A stretch of 60,876 nt of DNA, filler included, from Candidatus Zapsychrus exili (GTDB lineage Bacteria > Omnitrophota > Gorgyraeia > Zapsychrales > Zapsychraceae), in assembly GCA_030765585.1 (NCBI GenBank). It is 8 parts of 8 records of this genome, joined end to end, with 100 filler letters (N's around TTAATTAATTAA, not from the genome) between each part and the next. Parts side by side here need not be neighbours in the genome. Positions count along the whole stretch, not along the records: positions 35,880 to 49,568 come from JAVCCJ010000026.1; positions 49,669 to 55,008 come from JAVCCJ010000033.1; positions 55,109 to 57,688 come from JAVCCJ010000013.1; 5 more parts are not named here. One strand, 5' to 3'. Of this stretch, positions 48,413 through 57,788 are shown one piece after another. The notes beneath the pieces were generated by a model that saw nothing but the letters and a program-made list of their open reading frames with translations, made no database searches and was not told the DNA's origin. Each line of letters starts with the position of its first letter. The stretch's first letter is position 1. A program made the translations under genes and the position numbers.

Positions 48413-49528
48413 ATGGAACATGTCGATATAACAATCATTGGTTCTGGAGCTATAGGTTTAGCTACAAGTTATAATCTGTCTAAGAAATTTGCGGACAAAG
48501 ATATTCTAGTAGTCGAACAATACAATTCTTTTGGACAAGAGACTAGCTCGCGCAACTCAGAAGTAATTCACGCAGGCCTCTACTATAAAAAAGATAGCCT
48601 TAAGGCAAAATGCTGTATTGAAGGCCAGAAGCTTCTTTATCAATTGTGCGCCGAACACGATATCCCCCATAAAAAGCTAGGCAAACTCATTATCGCCCCA
48701 ACTAAAAACGAAATAGAAAAAATAGAAGCAATTTATAAAAATGCTATTGATTGCGGAGTAACAGGTTTAGAAATAATTGATAAAGCAAAAATAAAAGAAT
48801 TTGAACCTAACATTGAAGCCCAAATAGCAATATATTCACCTGATACAGGAATAATTGATACGCACTCCCTTATGAAATTCTTTTATGAAGCATCTAAGGC
48901 CTCTGGCGTTGAATTTGCATTCGGAATAAAAGTAATTGGAATAAAGAAATGTAGCGGCTACTATGAGATAACTGTGAAAGAACCCTCTGGCGAAAGCTTC
49001 TGTTTTGAAACTAAAACAATAATAAACTCTGCGGGCCTTTCATCTGACAAAATAGCTTCAATGGTCGGACTTGATATTGAAAAACTAGATTACAAAATAA
49101 ACTATAACAAAGGTCAATATTTTAGATTAAATAATCCTAAAAAATTTAATATATCTCGACTTATATATCCTCCGCCATCAAAGTCTGGCTTAGGAATTCA
49201 TATAACACCTGATTTAGCTTCAGGACTTCGTTTAGGTCCTGACACTCAATATATTGACGAACTTAATTATGATGTAAATGAAGCTGATAAACAAAAATTC
49301 TACGAAGATGTAAGACCTTTTTTAAGCAATCTATTACTAGAAGATCTAATACCTGACACTGCAGGAATTCGACCTAAGTTACAAAAACCAAATGAGGCTT
49401 TTCACGATTTTGTCATTAAAAATGAGGCAGATCAAGAATTTGAAAATTTTATAAATCTGATTGGAATAGAATCGCCTGGAATTACAAGCTGTTTATCAAT
49501 TGCAGATATGGTAGAAGAACTTATATAG
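48413..49528 (+). CDS. L-2-hydroxyglutarate oxidase (LhgO)-like FAD-dependent oxidoreductase
   Basis: GSGAIG, ETSSRNSEVIHAGLYY, GLGIH.T, AGIRPKL, GIESPG.T; ATG at 48413. Confidence 0.85.
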   Translation: MEHVDITIIGSGAIGLATSYNLSKKFADKDILVVEQYNSFGQETSSRNSEVIHAGLYYKKDSLKAKCCIEGQKLLYQLCAEHDIPHKKLGKLIIAPTKNEIEKIEAIYKNAIDCGVTGLEIIDKAKIKEFEPNIEAQIAIYSPDTGIIDTHSLMKFFYEASKASGVEFAFGIKVIGIKKCSGYYEITVKEPSGESFCFETKTIINSAGLSSDKIASMVGLDIEKLDYKINYNKGQYFRLNNPKKFNISRLIYPPPSKSGLGIHITPDLASGLRLGPDTQYIDELNYDVNEADKQKFYEDVRPFLSNLLLEDLIPDTAGIRPKLQKPNEAFHDFVIKNEADQEFENFINLIGIESPGITSCLSIADMVEELI

Positions 49529-49668
49529 AAGGGCTTTAATAGTCCCCTTGAATTACTCCGTAGTATTGNNNNNNNNNNNNNNNNNNNNNNNNNNNNNNNN
49601 NNNNNNNNNNNNTTAATTAATTAANNNNNNNNNNNNNNNNNNNNNNNNNNNNNNNNNNNNNNNNNNNN

Positions 49669-49698
49669 AACTATTGATAAAATATGTTATCAATAGTT
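49669..49698. other. dif-like palindromic recombination site (left)
   Basis: AACTATTGATAA-AATATG-TTATCAATAGTT; perfect 12-bp arms, 6-bp spacer, at the first base of the contig. Confidence 0.7.
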
Positions 49699-49729
49699 TG
49701 TTCAAAAAATATACGAAAAATAAATTCAT

Positions 49730-50737
49730 ATGAGTAGAAAATTTAAAATATTATCAATCGATGGTGGTGGAATTAGAGGCTTGATTCCTGCAATGTTTTT
49801 GGAGGAGATTGAAAAATCTCTACCCGAGCCAATTTGGAAATATTTTGACTTGGTATGCGGAACAAGCACAGGGGGCATTATTGCGTTAGCTATTGCAGTT
49901 GAAAAGAAAATGAGTGAAATAAGAGAAATTTATGAAAAAGACGGTTATGAAATATTTCCTTTAGAAAATAAAAATAATCTTATTAAATCAGCCATATCAA
50001 ATATAAACATGTTGTTTGGTCATGGAGAAAAATATCCTTCTAGTTTTCTTGAGAAAAAGCTTAAAACAGTTTTTAAGATTAATGATGATTATTATAGGAT
50101 GAATGATTCAAAGCTTGGCGTGTGTATTCCTTCTATTAATATTTCTAAGGGTCAAGTTGGCATTTTTAAAACTCCTCACAAAGTGGTTATTCCGAAAAAA
50201 GAAAAATTCTTTTCTGATGAAAACCTAGAAATGTGGAATGTTGCAAGGGCAACTAGTGCGGCACCGACATATTTTAAAACAACTAAGATAAATAGTTCCT
50301 TTTATATTGATGGTGGTCTTTTTGCAAATAATCCTAGTCTTGTTGGTATTATTGAGGCCAGGCGATGTAATTTTGACTTATCGGAGATATCATTGCTGTC
50401 ATTAGGAACTGGTGGCTCCACATATCAGATAGATGATAAAAGAGCTGAGAAAATGAATCTGTTAAACTGGGGCGGCGTGAAAGGAATTTTTGAAATTTCT
50501 TTAGAATCTCAATCGAATTCTATTGAGAACAGTATTTCCTTACTTAATCCAAAAGAATATATTCGAGTACAACATAATTTTAAAGAGAATATAGGTTTAG
50601 ATGACATGGGGCAATTGAATAATCTTGTGAAAGCTGCTGAATATTTAATAAAAGAAAAGAAAGAGCAGGTTTTGTCTTCTTTTTTTAATGATTTAGCTGC
50701 AGGACATTTGTACCCAATTAAGAAAGAAGTTAAATAA
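49730..50737 (+). CDS. capV: CBASS patatin-like phospholipase effector
   Basis: DGGGIRG, GTSTG, DGG catalytic motifs; directly upstream of a CD-NTase. Confidence 0.9.
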   Translation: MSRKFKILSIDGGGIRGLIPAMFLEEIEKSLPEPIWKYFDLVCGTSTGGIIALAIAVEKKMSEIREIYEKDGYEIFPLENKNNLIKSAISNINMLFGHGEKYPSSFLEKKLKTVFKINDDYYRMNDSKLGVCIPSINISKGQVGIFKTPHKVVIPKKEKFFSDENLEMWNVARATSAAPTYFKTTKINSSFYIDGGLFANNPSLVGIIEARRCNFDLSEISLLSLGTGGSTYQIDDKRAEKMNLLNWGGVKGIFEISLESQSNSIENSISLLNPKEYIRVQHNFKENIGLDDMGQLNNLVKAAEYLIKEKKEQVLSSFFNDLAAGHLYPIKKEVK

Positions 50738-50750
50738 AAAGGAGAATACA

Positions 50751-51713
50751 ATGGCTGATTGTAATGATTTATTTCAAAGTTATTTTACTGCGATTAATAT
50801 CGATACCACAAAGAAAACAAATTTAAAAACGGCAAGAGAAGCAATTAGAGGAAAGATTAGGAATTACTTTAAAGATGAGTTGGGATTTAATCTTCCAAAA
50901 TTTCATGGTCAAGGGTCATATATGATGAAAACAATCGTTAATCCTTTGGACGATGAATATGACATAGATGATGGGATATATTTACAGCATTTAAATGATG
51001 GGAAAGCAGATTGGCCTAATCCAAAAGAAGTGCATCAATGGGTTTATGATGCGGTTAAAGGGCACACAAAAGAAGAGGCTGTAGATAAGCCAACATGCAT
51101 TAGAGTTATTTATGCTGGGAATTATCACGTAGACTTACCAATATATGCTTTTTGTGGTGAAGTGCCTTATCTGGCAAATACAGGGGTGAAAGGATGGCAT
51201 GAAAGTGACCCTAAAAAAATTACTGATTGGCTTATAGAAAAAGTTTCAAATAAATCGGAACAATTAAGGACTATAATAAAATATTTAAAGGCATGGGCAG
51301 ATTATCAATCTTTAGAGCATGGAGAAATGCCAAGCGGACTTGTTATTACAAAATTAGTAGTTGATAATTATGTTGAGCGAGTTAGAGATGATGTTAGTTT
51401 TGCACGCACTATCAGTTCAATAAATGATAGCATAAAGGTAAATTTTGATATATTGAATCCTGTTGACAGTGAGGAAGTAATAAGTGATAGGATGACAGTA
51501 TCTGTTAAAGAATCTTTTAAAAAGCTTATTCAAAGATTATCAAATAATGGTGAGTCTGCAATAAATGAGGAAAGTAAAAAAAAGGCATGTGTATTGTGGA
51601 AGTCAGAATTTGGTGACAGATTTTATGATTGTGATAGTTTTAAGGAAAAAGTTACAGCTATGGCAACATCTTCCCCTGCACTATTAAAAAATGATGCAAG
51701 GTCAGCAAAATAA
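50751..51713 (+). CDS. CBASS cGAS/DncV-like nucleotidyltransferase (CD-NTase)
   Basis: QGSY..KT..P, YDIDDGIY, HVDLPIY, SDP, KYLKAW; AGGAG RBS. Confidence 0.93.
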   Translation: MADCNDLFQSYFTAINIDTTKKTNLKTAREAIRGKIRNYFKDELGFNLPKFHGQGSYMMKTIVNPLDDEYDIDDGIYLQHLNDGKADWPNPKEVHQWVYDAVKGHTKEEAVDKPTCIRVIYAGNYHVDLPIYAFCGEVPYLANTGVKGWHESDPKKITDWLIEKVSNKSEQLRTIIKYLKAWADYQSLEHGEMPSGLVITKLVVDNYVERVRDDVSFARTISSINDSIKVNFDILNPVDSEEVISDRMTVSVKESFKKLIQRLSNNGESAINEESKKKACVLWKSEFGDRFYDCDSFKEKVTAMATSSPALLKNDARSAK

Positions 51714-51714
51714 A

Positions 51715-52707
51715 GTGATTGATGCTTTTTATAAAGATAGAATATTAACAGCGAAGAAATATCTTAAATCTAAATTCAACTTATCTGTTTGTGATAAAAA
51801 AGACTCAGATATTGCGAGAATAGAAAAAAGTAGATGTTTGCCAAAATGTTTTAATGATTTTGAAGTATGGAAAGTCAAAGTCAACACACCATTCGGAGAT
51901 TGCTTTCTCTTAATATTTATACCTGCCAGGTTCCCAGATAATTTCCCTAAAATATTTTTGCCGTTTGATATTTTTAATAGAATATATCCTGTCCCACATA
52001 TAGATAAAAATGGGTTCATTTGTACACGAGATGAGTCTTTAATAGTAATAAATGATGAAATGCCGGGGCAGGCTATTGAGGAATTAATACATGTTGCAAT
52101 AGAAATTTTAGATAATGGGATAAATAAGAGAAATGAGGATGATTATTTTAAAGAGCTAATTGCGTATTGGAATGATAATGCTGACGCATTGGTGATGACA
52201 AATTTTGAAGTATTGAACAAGCCAAGACTACTTAGTCTTTTTGCATTGAATGATAAATTGTTCGGCCGTACAGACATAATCGGACAGTCTTTAGAATATT
52301 TAGATAATTGGTTAAAAAACTTTAATGTTTCCATTAAGGCGGAGCATAAAGAAAGAATATTATTTATTCCAGTGAAGCATGTCTTGCCTTTTGATTTAGA
52401 AACATTTCAAGATGTGTATAGTTATTTACAGAAGGCTGTTGATGCAAAGTTGTTCATACATGTTGATGATTATTATAATAGAAAACAAAGCAACTATTCT
52501 GTAATTTGTGCAATGGAAATAAACGGAAGTCTAGGGTTGTTCGGGTGGAGCCATCCTGGTTGGATGAATAGAGAGGTTAAAGGATTCAGAAGAGGTCACG
52601 TTCCTTTCAGTGTTTTTCGACATGAAAGATGGATTAAATCTATAAAAATTAATAGAGTAAAAATGTACAGATTAGATGAATTACGTCTTTCTGCCAGAGA
52701 GAATTAA
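51715..52707 (+). CDS. cap2: CBASS Cap2 N-terminal part (E2-like domain)
   Basis: FP..FPKI, PHIDKNGFIC, E..AYW; probable GTG start at 51715. Confidence 0.8.
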   Translation: MIDAFYKDRILTAKKYLKSKFNLSVCDKKDSDIARIEKSRCLPKCFNDFEVWKVKVNTPFGDCFLLIFIPARFPDNFPKIFLPFDIFNRIYPVPHIDKNGFICTRDESLIVINDEMPGQAIEELIHVAIEILDNGINKRNEDDYFKELIAYWNDNADALVMTNFEVLNKPRLLSLFALNDKLFGRTDIIGQSLEYLDNWLKNFNVSIKAEHKERILFIPVKHVLPFDLETFQDVYSYLQKAVDAKLFIHVDDYYNRKQSNYSVICAMEINGSLGLFGWSHPGWMNREVKGFRRGHVPFSVFRHERWIKSIKINRVKMYRLDELRLSAREN

Positions 52708-53466
52708 GTGAAAAAGAAACACTCTATAGCAATCTTAGGTTGTGGCTCCGTGGGTAGTTTTTTATCAATGGAGGTGGCTAAGGGTGGAACTGACAAGATA
52801 ATGCTAATGGACAATGAAATCCTTGCTCCTGAGAATGTTGTGAGGCATTTATGCAGCTTAGATGATGCTTCAAAAGAGCTAAAGAAAGTAATAACTGTAG
52901 AAAGTGTTATAAGAAATAAATTTCCAAAAATTAACTGCATATCCTGCGATGATGATATCTTGGAATATTTACATAAAAAAGAATGCAAATTTAATAATTA
53001 TGACATCATAGTTTCATGCGTGGGTAATCTTTCTGTTGAGAGACGTTTAGATTTTGCGGTTAAGCATAATATATTTTGTAAGGATTTAATTTATTTATGG
53101 GTAGAGCCGTATGCGATAGCTGGCCACATACTTTATATCCCTAGAAATAAAGCAGGAACTTTAAAAGAACATTTTACAGACAAGGGTGATTTTAAGTATT
53201 CAGTATTAAACAATGCATTTGTTTTTTCTAGGAGAGAAACAGGTTGTCAAAGTTCATTTATTCCTTATTCATCTGATGAATTAGAGCAGTTTGTGATATA
53301 TGCAGGAAAAATAATAAACGAATTAATTGGTGAAAGTTATAAAGAAAGTGTTCTATATTCATGGCTGGGAAATTTAAGGATGGCTTATGAAAAAGGGTTA
53401 ACAATAAATAATAAGTATATAGATTGTCTGCCATATACTACAGTAAGAAATAATCTTGATATTTAA
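52708..53466 (+). CDS. cap2: CBASS Cap2 C-terminal part (ThiF/E1-like domain)
   Basis: ILGCGSVGS, D.E.L.PENVVRH, WVEPY..AGH, ETGC...FIPY; same frame as the E2 part, separated by one TAA. Confidence 0.85.
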   Translation: MKKKHSIAILGCGSVGSFLSMEVAKGGTDKIMLMDNEILAPENVVRHLCSLDDASKELKKVITVESVIRNKFPKINCISCDDDILEYLHKKECKFNNYDIIVSCVGNLSVERRLDFAVKHNIFCKDLIYLWVEPYAIAGHILYIPRNKAGTLKEHFTDKGDFKYSVLNNAFVFSRRETGCQSSFIPYSSDELEQFVIYAGKIINELIGESYKESVLYSWLGNLRMAYEKGLTINNKYIDCLPYTTVRNNLDI

Positions 53467-53472
53467 TTGCTT

Positions 53473-53952
53473 ATGAAAAAGAAATTGACAAAAACAATAT
53501 TTAGCTGTTCCTCAAGAGAGGTTAGGTTTTCATCTGAAGTTTTGAAAGAGTTAAGTACATTTGAGCAAAATGGAAAACAACCAGAATCAGGTGGTATTTT
53601 ACTGGGTAAAGTTTATACGCATTATGATGAAATTCTAGAAATTACCACTCCTGGTCAACTTGATAAACATGGTTCATTCTTTTTCTATCGAGCAAAAAAA
53701 TCAGCACAAAAAGTGATAAACAAGAAATGGAAGCAAAGTAAGGGAGAATTAATATATCTAGGCGAGTGGCATACTCATTGCGAAAAAAATCCCACCCCAT
53801 CTTTGGAAGATAAGAAAATGATAAAGAACATGCTGACTACAACTAAAATGGAAATTAATTATTTATATTTAGTTATAGTAGGACAAGATAATACCTATTT
53901 TTCTGCAAGACAAGTAACCACAGGATTTATTGTATTAGAGCAGCTAATTTAA
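53473..53952 (+). CDS. cap3: CBASS Cap3 JAB/MPN isopeptidase
   Basis: ESGGILLG, YLGEWHTH...PS..D. Confidence 0.9.
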   Translation: MKKKLTKTIFSCSSREVRFSSEVLKELSTFEQNGKQPESGGILLGKVYTHYDEILEITTPGQLDKHGSFFFYRAKKSAQKVINKKWKQSKGELIYLGEWHTHCEKNPTPSLEDKKMIKNMLTTTKMEINYLYLVIVGQDNTYFSARQVTTGFIVLEQLI

Positions 53953-53978
53953 TATTAGATATAACTAATAGACAGCAT

Positions 53979-54938
53979 TTAATAATTCACCTTGAAAGTA
54001 GGCGAATCCATCAAATCCTCACCTCGTTTATCATAAATCCTCGTCGTAGCAATATTTGCATGTCCTAAATAATCCTGAACCTTCCCTAAATCAGCTTTAT
54101 TATTCAAAGAATTCGTTGCAAACGTTGCTCGGAGAGAGTGGGGATGAAAATTATCCGTATCAATGCCGGACACACCTGCCCATTGCATAACAATTTTATA
54201 AATTGCATAACTCGACATATGAGTAATATTCCCGTCTTTATCTTTACGTTTCTTAAGAGCGCAGAAGAGAGGGGACTCAAGATCTTTCTTTCGACCATCT
54301 TTCTCTAAATACATATAAATACGTTGTTGCGTCAAAGGGTGAAGGGGGAGGTCTCTGGTTTTAGATCCTTTGCCTTTTACTCGTAAATGAGGCACACTCT
54401 TAACACTGTGTATGCTCTTTACCTTTAAATCTTTAACTTCTGAGCGTCTAAGGCCATGATAAAGGAAAACAGCTAATATGGCACGATCTCTGAGACCTTG
54501 TATGGTCTTGTCTGTTGGAGCCTCAAGTAATTTCTTAGCTTCGATATCACTAATAGGATCTGATTTGCCAATATTAGACTCAACCTTTGGCCGAGTTATA
54601 TTACTGCAAGGATTATCTCTAATAGCAGATCTTTCACAAAAATATTTAAACAGAGCAGAGACTGCCGAGATCTTTCTTGCAATACTCTCATTTGATAAAC
54701 CAGTTTTTCTTAAATGACTTATCCAATTAGTTACATGTTTACGTGTAACTAAACGATAATCTTCAGGAGTTTCAATCTTAAGAAAGGTTTTAAATTCATT
54801 AACATCAAACTTATAAGCTGTAGCAGTCTTTTCGCTTTTGTTGCGACGTTCGGCGATCCAGTCGCTTTCAGGTGGGATATCCTTCAAAATGTGGTATTCT
54901 TTGACCTCTAAGGGTCGTTTAGGAGTCTTTTCAGGCAT
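53979..54938 (-). CDS. tyrosine recombinase (resolvase/Xer-like, no arm domain)
   Basis: RDRAIL..GLRRSE, KGKGSK.R, HSLRATFAT, LGHANIATTRIYD. Confidence 0.94.
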   Translation of the reverse strand: MPEKTPKRPLEVKEYHILKDIPPESDWIAERRNKSEKTATAYKFDVNEFKTFLKIETPEDYRLVTRKHVTNWISHLRKTGLSNESIARKISAVSALFKYFCERSAIRDNPCSNITRPKVESNIGKSDPISDIEAKKLLEAPTDKTIQGLRDRAILAVFLYHGLRRSEVKDLKVKSIHSVKSVPHLRVKGKGSKTRDLPLHPLTQQRIYMYLEKDGRKKDLESPLFCALKKRKDKDGNITHMSSYAIYKIVMQWAGVSGIDTDNFHPHSLRATFATNSLNNKADLGKVQDYLGHANIATTRIYDKRGEDLMDSPTFKVNY

Positions 54939-54944
54939 GCAACC

Positions 54945-54973
54945 ATTATAACTTAGTATTAAATGGTTATCAA
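54945..54973 (-). promoter_or_regulatory. sigma70 promoter giving a leaderless recombinase mRNA
   Basis: TTGATA-N17-TATAAT-N6-ATG, no RBS; overlapped by an AACCATT/AATGGTT inverted repeat. Confidence 0.6.
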
Positions 54974-54976
54974 CCT

Positions 54977-55008
54977 TTAGTTGCTATAATGTATATTATA
55001 GCAACTAA
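54977..55008. other. dif-like palindromic recombination site (right)
   Basis: TTAGTTGCTATAA-TGTATA-TTATAGCAACTAA; perfect 13-bp arms, 6-bp spacer, ends at the last base of the contig. Confidence 0.75.
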
Positions 55009-55108
55009 NNNNNNNNNNNNNNNNNNNNNNNNNNNNNNNNNNNNNNNNNNNNTTAATTAATTAANNNNNNNNNNNNNNNNNNNNNNNNNNNNNNNNNNNN
55101 NNNNNNNN

Positions 55109-55345
55109 CAGAGGGCAAAAGAATCTATATTCCTGGTCGTAACATTCATCACACATAAAACCACCAACAGAATCAACAGCAGGCGAACAAACCTCATCGT
55201 CAGGGATAAGATCTCCGCAATACTGACAAGTATAAAACTTTTTATGCAGTCTGTTAGAGATAGGCTCTGCATAGTGGGAGCTGAAAAGATCATTAAATTC
55301 TTTTACCCTTCTCTGATACCATTTTATTTTTGACTCCTTGCCCAT
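55109..55345 (-). CDS. hypothetical phage Zn-finger-like protein (3' truncated)
   Basis: CQYC...CDEC; GGAGG RBS. Confidence 0.55.
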
Positions 55346-55346
55346 C

Positions 55347-55556
55347 TTATTTATCCTCCTTGTTCTCTATTAGTGATTTTAAATTTGATGCTGGGATCAT
55401 TCCGGCTGCTGCTGAAATTTCAGTGAACTCAACAAGGTCTTTTAATTGCCGGATGATTTCTTTTTTTTGTGCTAACTCATCCCTTAATTCTTTTATCAAC
55501 CTATCCTTACTTATTTCTCTCACTTTTTTCCATACAAAGAGCCTATTTGATTTCAT
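55347..55556 (-). CDS. hypothetical phage coiled-coil protein
   Basis: ATGA overlap with the helicase stop. Confidence 0.55.
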   Translation of the reverse strand: MKSNRLFVWKKVREISKDRLIKELRDELAQKKEIIRQLKDLVEFTEISAAAGMIPASNLKSLIENKEDK

Positions 55557-56866
55557 AGTAAAATAAACATCCCCCTTTTCTTATTAAAAACAACTTGATA
55601 TTCAACGGCTGTTTCCCCTTGCCTGTTTTTTGCAAGTTCAATTTCGGTTATTGACGGATCGATAAAATCTCTTTTGTTTTTCTTATAATAACCTTCCCTG
55701 AATAAAAACATTATCATATCTGCATCCTGCTCAAGCCGTCCTGTTTCAGCAAGATCTGCCTTGGTCGGCCTTTTATTATCTCTTGATTCAAGACTCCTGT
55801 TTAATTGACAAAGCAATAATATAGGAAGTCTTAATTCTTTAGTAAGCTGCTTTAATTCAGAACAATTCTTGCTAATACCGATATACGGAAGAGTGCCTTT
55901 CTCATATGATATCTGATTTAATTGATCTATAATAATTATCTTACATCCCATTTTTTTAAATTTGCGGCACCTTCTTTTTACATCGTCGATATTTGCGCTT
56001 GAATCATTTACTATTATCGGTAAATCTGACAACCTTTTTGATGCACGCTCAAGAGTTTCTATATTTTTATCAGATAATGATTTCCTTGCATAAAATATCA
56101 TAGAATTTATATCAGATTCCTTTGATAATGTTTTATCTGCAAATTGTTCTTTGTCCATTTCTATTGGAAGGATACCAACCATGTCACCACTATACCCAAC
56201 CCTCAAGGCTATTGAAAAAGCCAGGGAACTTTTCCCCATTCCAGGCCTGCCGGCCAACAAAATAAGTTTTGATCCCCATACCTGCATATATTTATCAAGC
56301 TTAGGCATACCAAAGCTTAACCCGAGTTTAAATTCAGCAGTTTGCGCTTGTTTTATATTTTCAATGGCATTTTCCATAAGGTCTTCCATTGTATAAAATT
56401 TATCTTTTGAAACAGCTGTTTGGATATTAAGAATTTTTGATTGTGAGTCAGAAATATATTGCTCAATGTCTTTTACATTAAAGCCTTCTTCTATTATACC
56501 AGAAGCGATAACTATTAATTCTCTTGCTTTAGATAGCTCCATAATCCTTTTGGCATATGCCCTGATATTTATTGCCAATGGTGCTTCGTCTGCTATACAA
56601 GACAAATATGCAAGACCGCCGACTGCCTCTAATTCCTTTTGTTTCGATAGTTCTGAGGAGACTGTCAGCAAATCAATAGGCTCTTTCGCTTTGTTTATAT
56701 TAAGCATAGCCTGAAATATTTTTTTATGGGCCCCTTTATAAAAGTCTTCAGGTATTAATTCTTCTATATCGTTAAGATGTTTTCCATTAATAAAAAGAGA
56801 AGACAATACAGATTCTTCCATGTCAATATTTTGTGGTTGTATTTTTGAAAGCAATAGATCGTTCAT
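55553..56866 (-). CDS. dnaB: DnaB-like replicative helicase (phage-type)
   Basis: N-terminal PQNIDMEESVL, AGRPGMGKS, LCQLNR, DLAETGRLEQDAD, AKNRQG. Confidence 0.93.
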   Translation of the reverse strand: MNDLLLSKIQPQNIDMEESVLSSLFINGKHLNDIEELIPEDFYKGAHKKIFQAMLNINKAKEPIDLLTVSSELSKQKELEAVGGLAYLSCIADEAPLAINIRAYAKRIMELSKARELIVIASGIIEEGFNVKDIEQYISDSQSKILNIQTAVSKDKFYTMEDLMENAIENIKQAQTAEFKLGLSFGMPKLDKYMQVWGSKLILLAGRPGMGKSSLAFSIALRVGYSGDMVGILPIEMDKEQFADKTLSKESDINSMIFYARKSLSDKNIETLERASKRLSDLPIIVNDSSANIDDVKRRCRKFKKMGCKIIIIDQLNQISYEKGTLPYIGISKNCSELKQLTKELRLPILLLCQLNRSLESRDNKRPTKADLAETGRLEQDADMIMFLFREGYYKKNKRDFIDPSITEIELAKNRQGETAVEYQVVFNKKRGMFILL

Positions 56867-57558
56867 AACATAGCCTCTTCAACCTCTCGATCAATATCCT
56901 CTTGTGTTTCTTTTTTAGGTTGGTTTATAGTTGGGATTAATTCTCTTTTAGCAGCATTTAAATAACCCTCAAATTTAGAACTGAATAAAGTTAGAGGCCT
57001 AAGATATTCTTGCTTTTCTCCATCTTTAAGCCATTGGCCACATTTAAAATCAATAACAACTTTAAAATCATCAGGAGAAAATCCTTCTTTTGTTCTAGCG
57101 TTGATCAGCTCTATTGTTTTCTTTGTTGTAGGTTTAAATTCTGAGTTTGTTTTTCTATTTAGATAATCGACTACACGACTATATATTTCTTTAGGATTAG
57201 GATCAGGTTTAGTAGTAGTGTCATGCAATGTGTCCCCGACCTGTCCCCGACCTGTCCCCGACCTGTCCTTTTTGTCGTTAAGAGATAGGTCTATTAGGTG
57301 TATAGGGTGTCCCTCGTGTGTCCTCTTGCTGTCCTTAACGTGTCCTCTATCTGTCCCGATACCATTTATGAACTTTCTAACCTTATTTCTTGACCATCCC
57401 CATAGTTTTGAATACCCGGAAATAGTGCCAGAAATACTATTATCAATATCAAGCTGATATGAAAACATGGCTTCAATCATTGAAAATTCCCTCTTAATAG
57501 ATTTAAACTCTTGAGCAAGGTATTTGTCCAATGGAATCCACTTTGATCCCCTGGTCAT
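56863..57558 (-). CDS. phage replication initiator with conserved phage C-terminal domain
   Basis: N-terminal HTH (WGWSRNKVRKF); C-terminal VVDYLN..LINAR..EGF..VID.K..W..YLRP.TLF..KFEGYL; upstream of the helicase. Confidence 0.85.
   Translation of the reverse strand: MTRGSKWIPLDKYLAQEFKSIKREFSMIEAMFSYQLDIDNSISGTISGYSKLWGWSRNKVRKFINGIGTDRGHVKDSKRTHEGHPIHLIDLSLNDKKDRSGTGRGQVGDTLHDTTTKPDPNPKEIYSRVVDYLNRKTNSEFKPTTKKTIELINARTKEGFSPDDFKVVIDFKCGQWLKDGEKQEYLRPLTLFSSKFEGYLNAAKRELIPTINQPKKETQEDIDREVEEAML
57231..57357. repeat. iteron array within the initiator gene (probable phage origin)
   Basis: TGTCCCCGACC x3 plus further TGTCC cores, all in 11-bp phase. Confidence 0.75.
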
Positions 57559-57788
57559 ATTTAACCCTCGTCAAGATAAGTCTGGATTGCCTTTTCAACA
57601 GCCTCATTAACAGGCGAAAATCCACCGGCCTGTTGAGTAAAATATATATACCCAATTTTGCCAAACAGATATTTTTTATGGAACCACANNNNNNNNNNNN
57701 NNNNNNNNNNNNNNNNNNNNNNNNNNNNNNNNTTAATTAATTAANNNNNNNNNNNNNNNNNNNNNNNNNNNNNNNNNNNNNNNNNNNN

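Noticed and set aside
49730..53952. CBASS operon itself as a novel system
   Set aside because: capV-CD-NTase-cap2-cap3 is the well described type II CBASS; only its boundaries and the split Cap2 are unusual
54977..55008. Right palindrome as the chromosomal dif site
   Set aside because: Arms are perfectly symmetric and lack the XerD-type TTATGTTAAAT arm; it abuts a mobile-type recombinase
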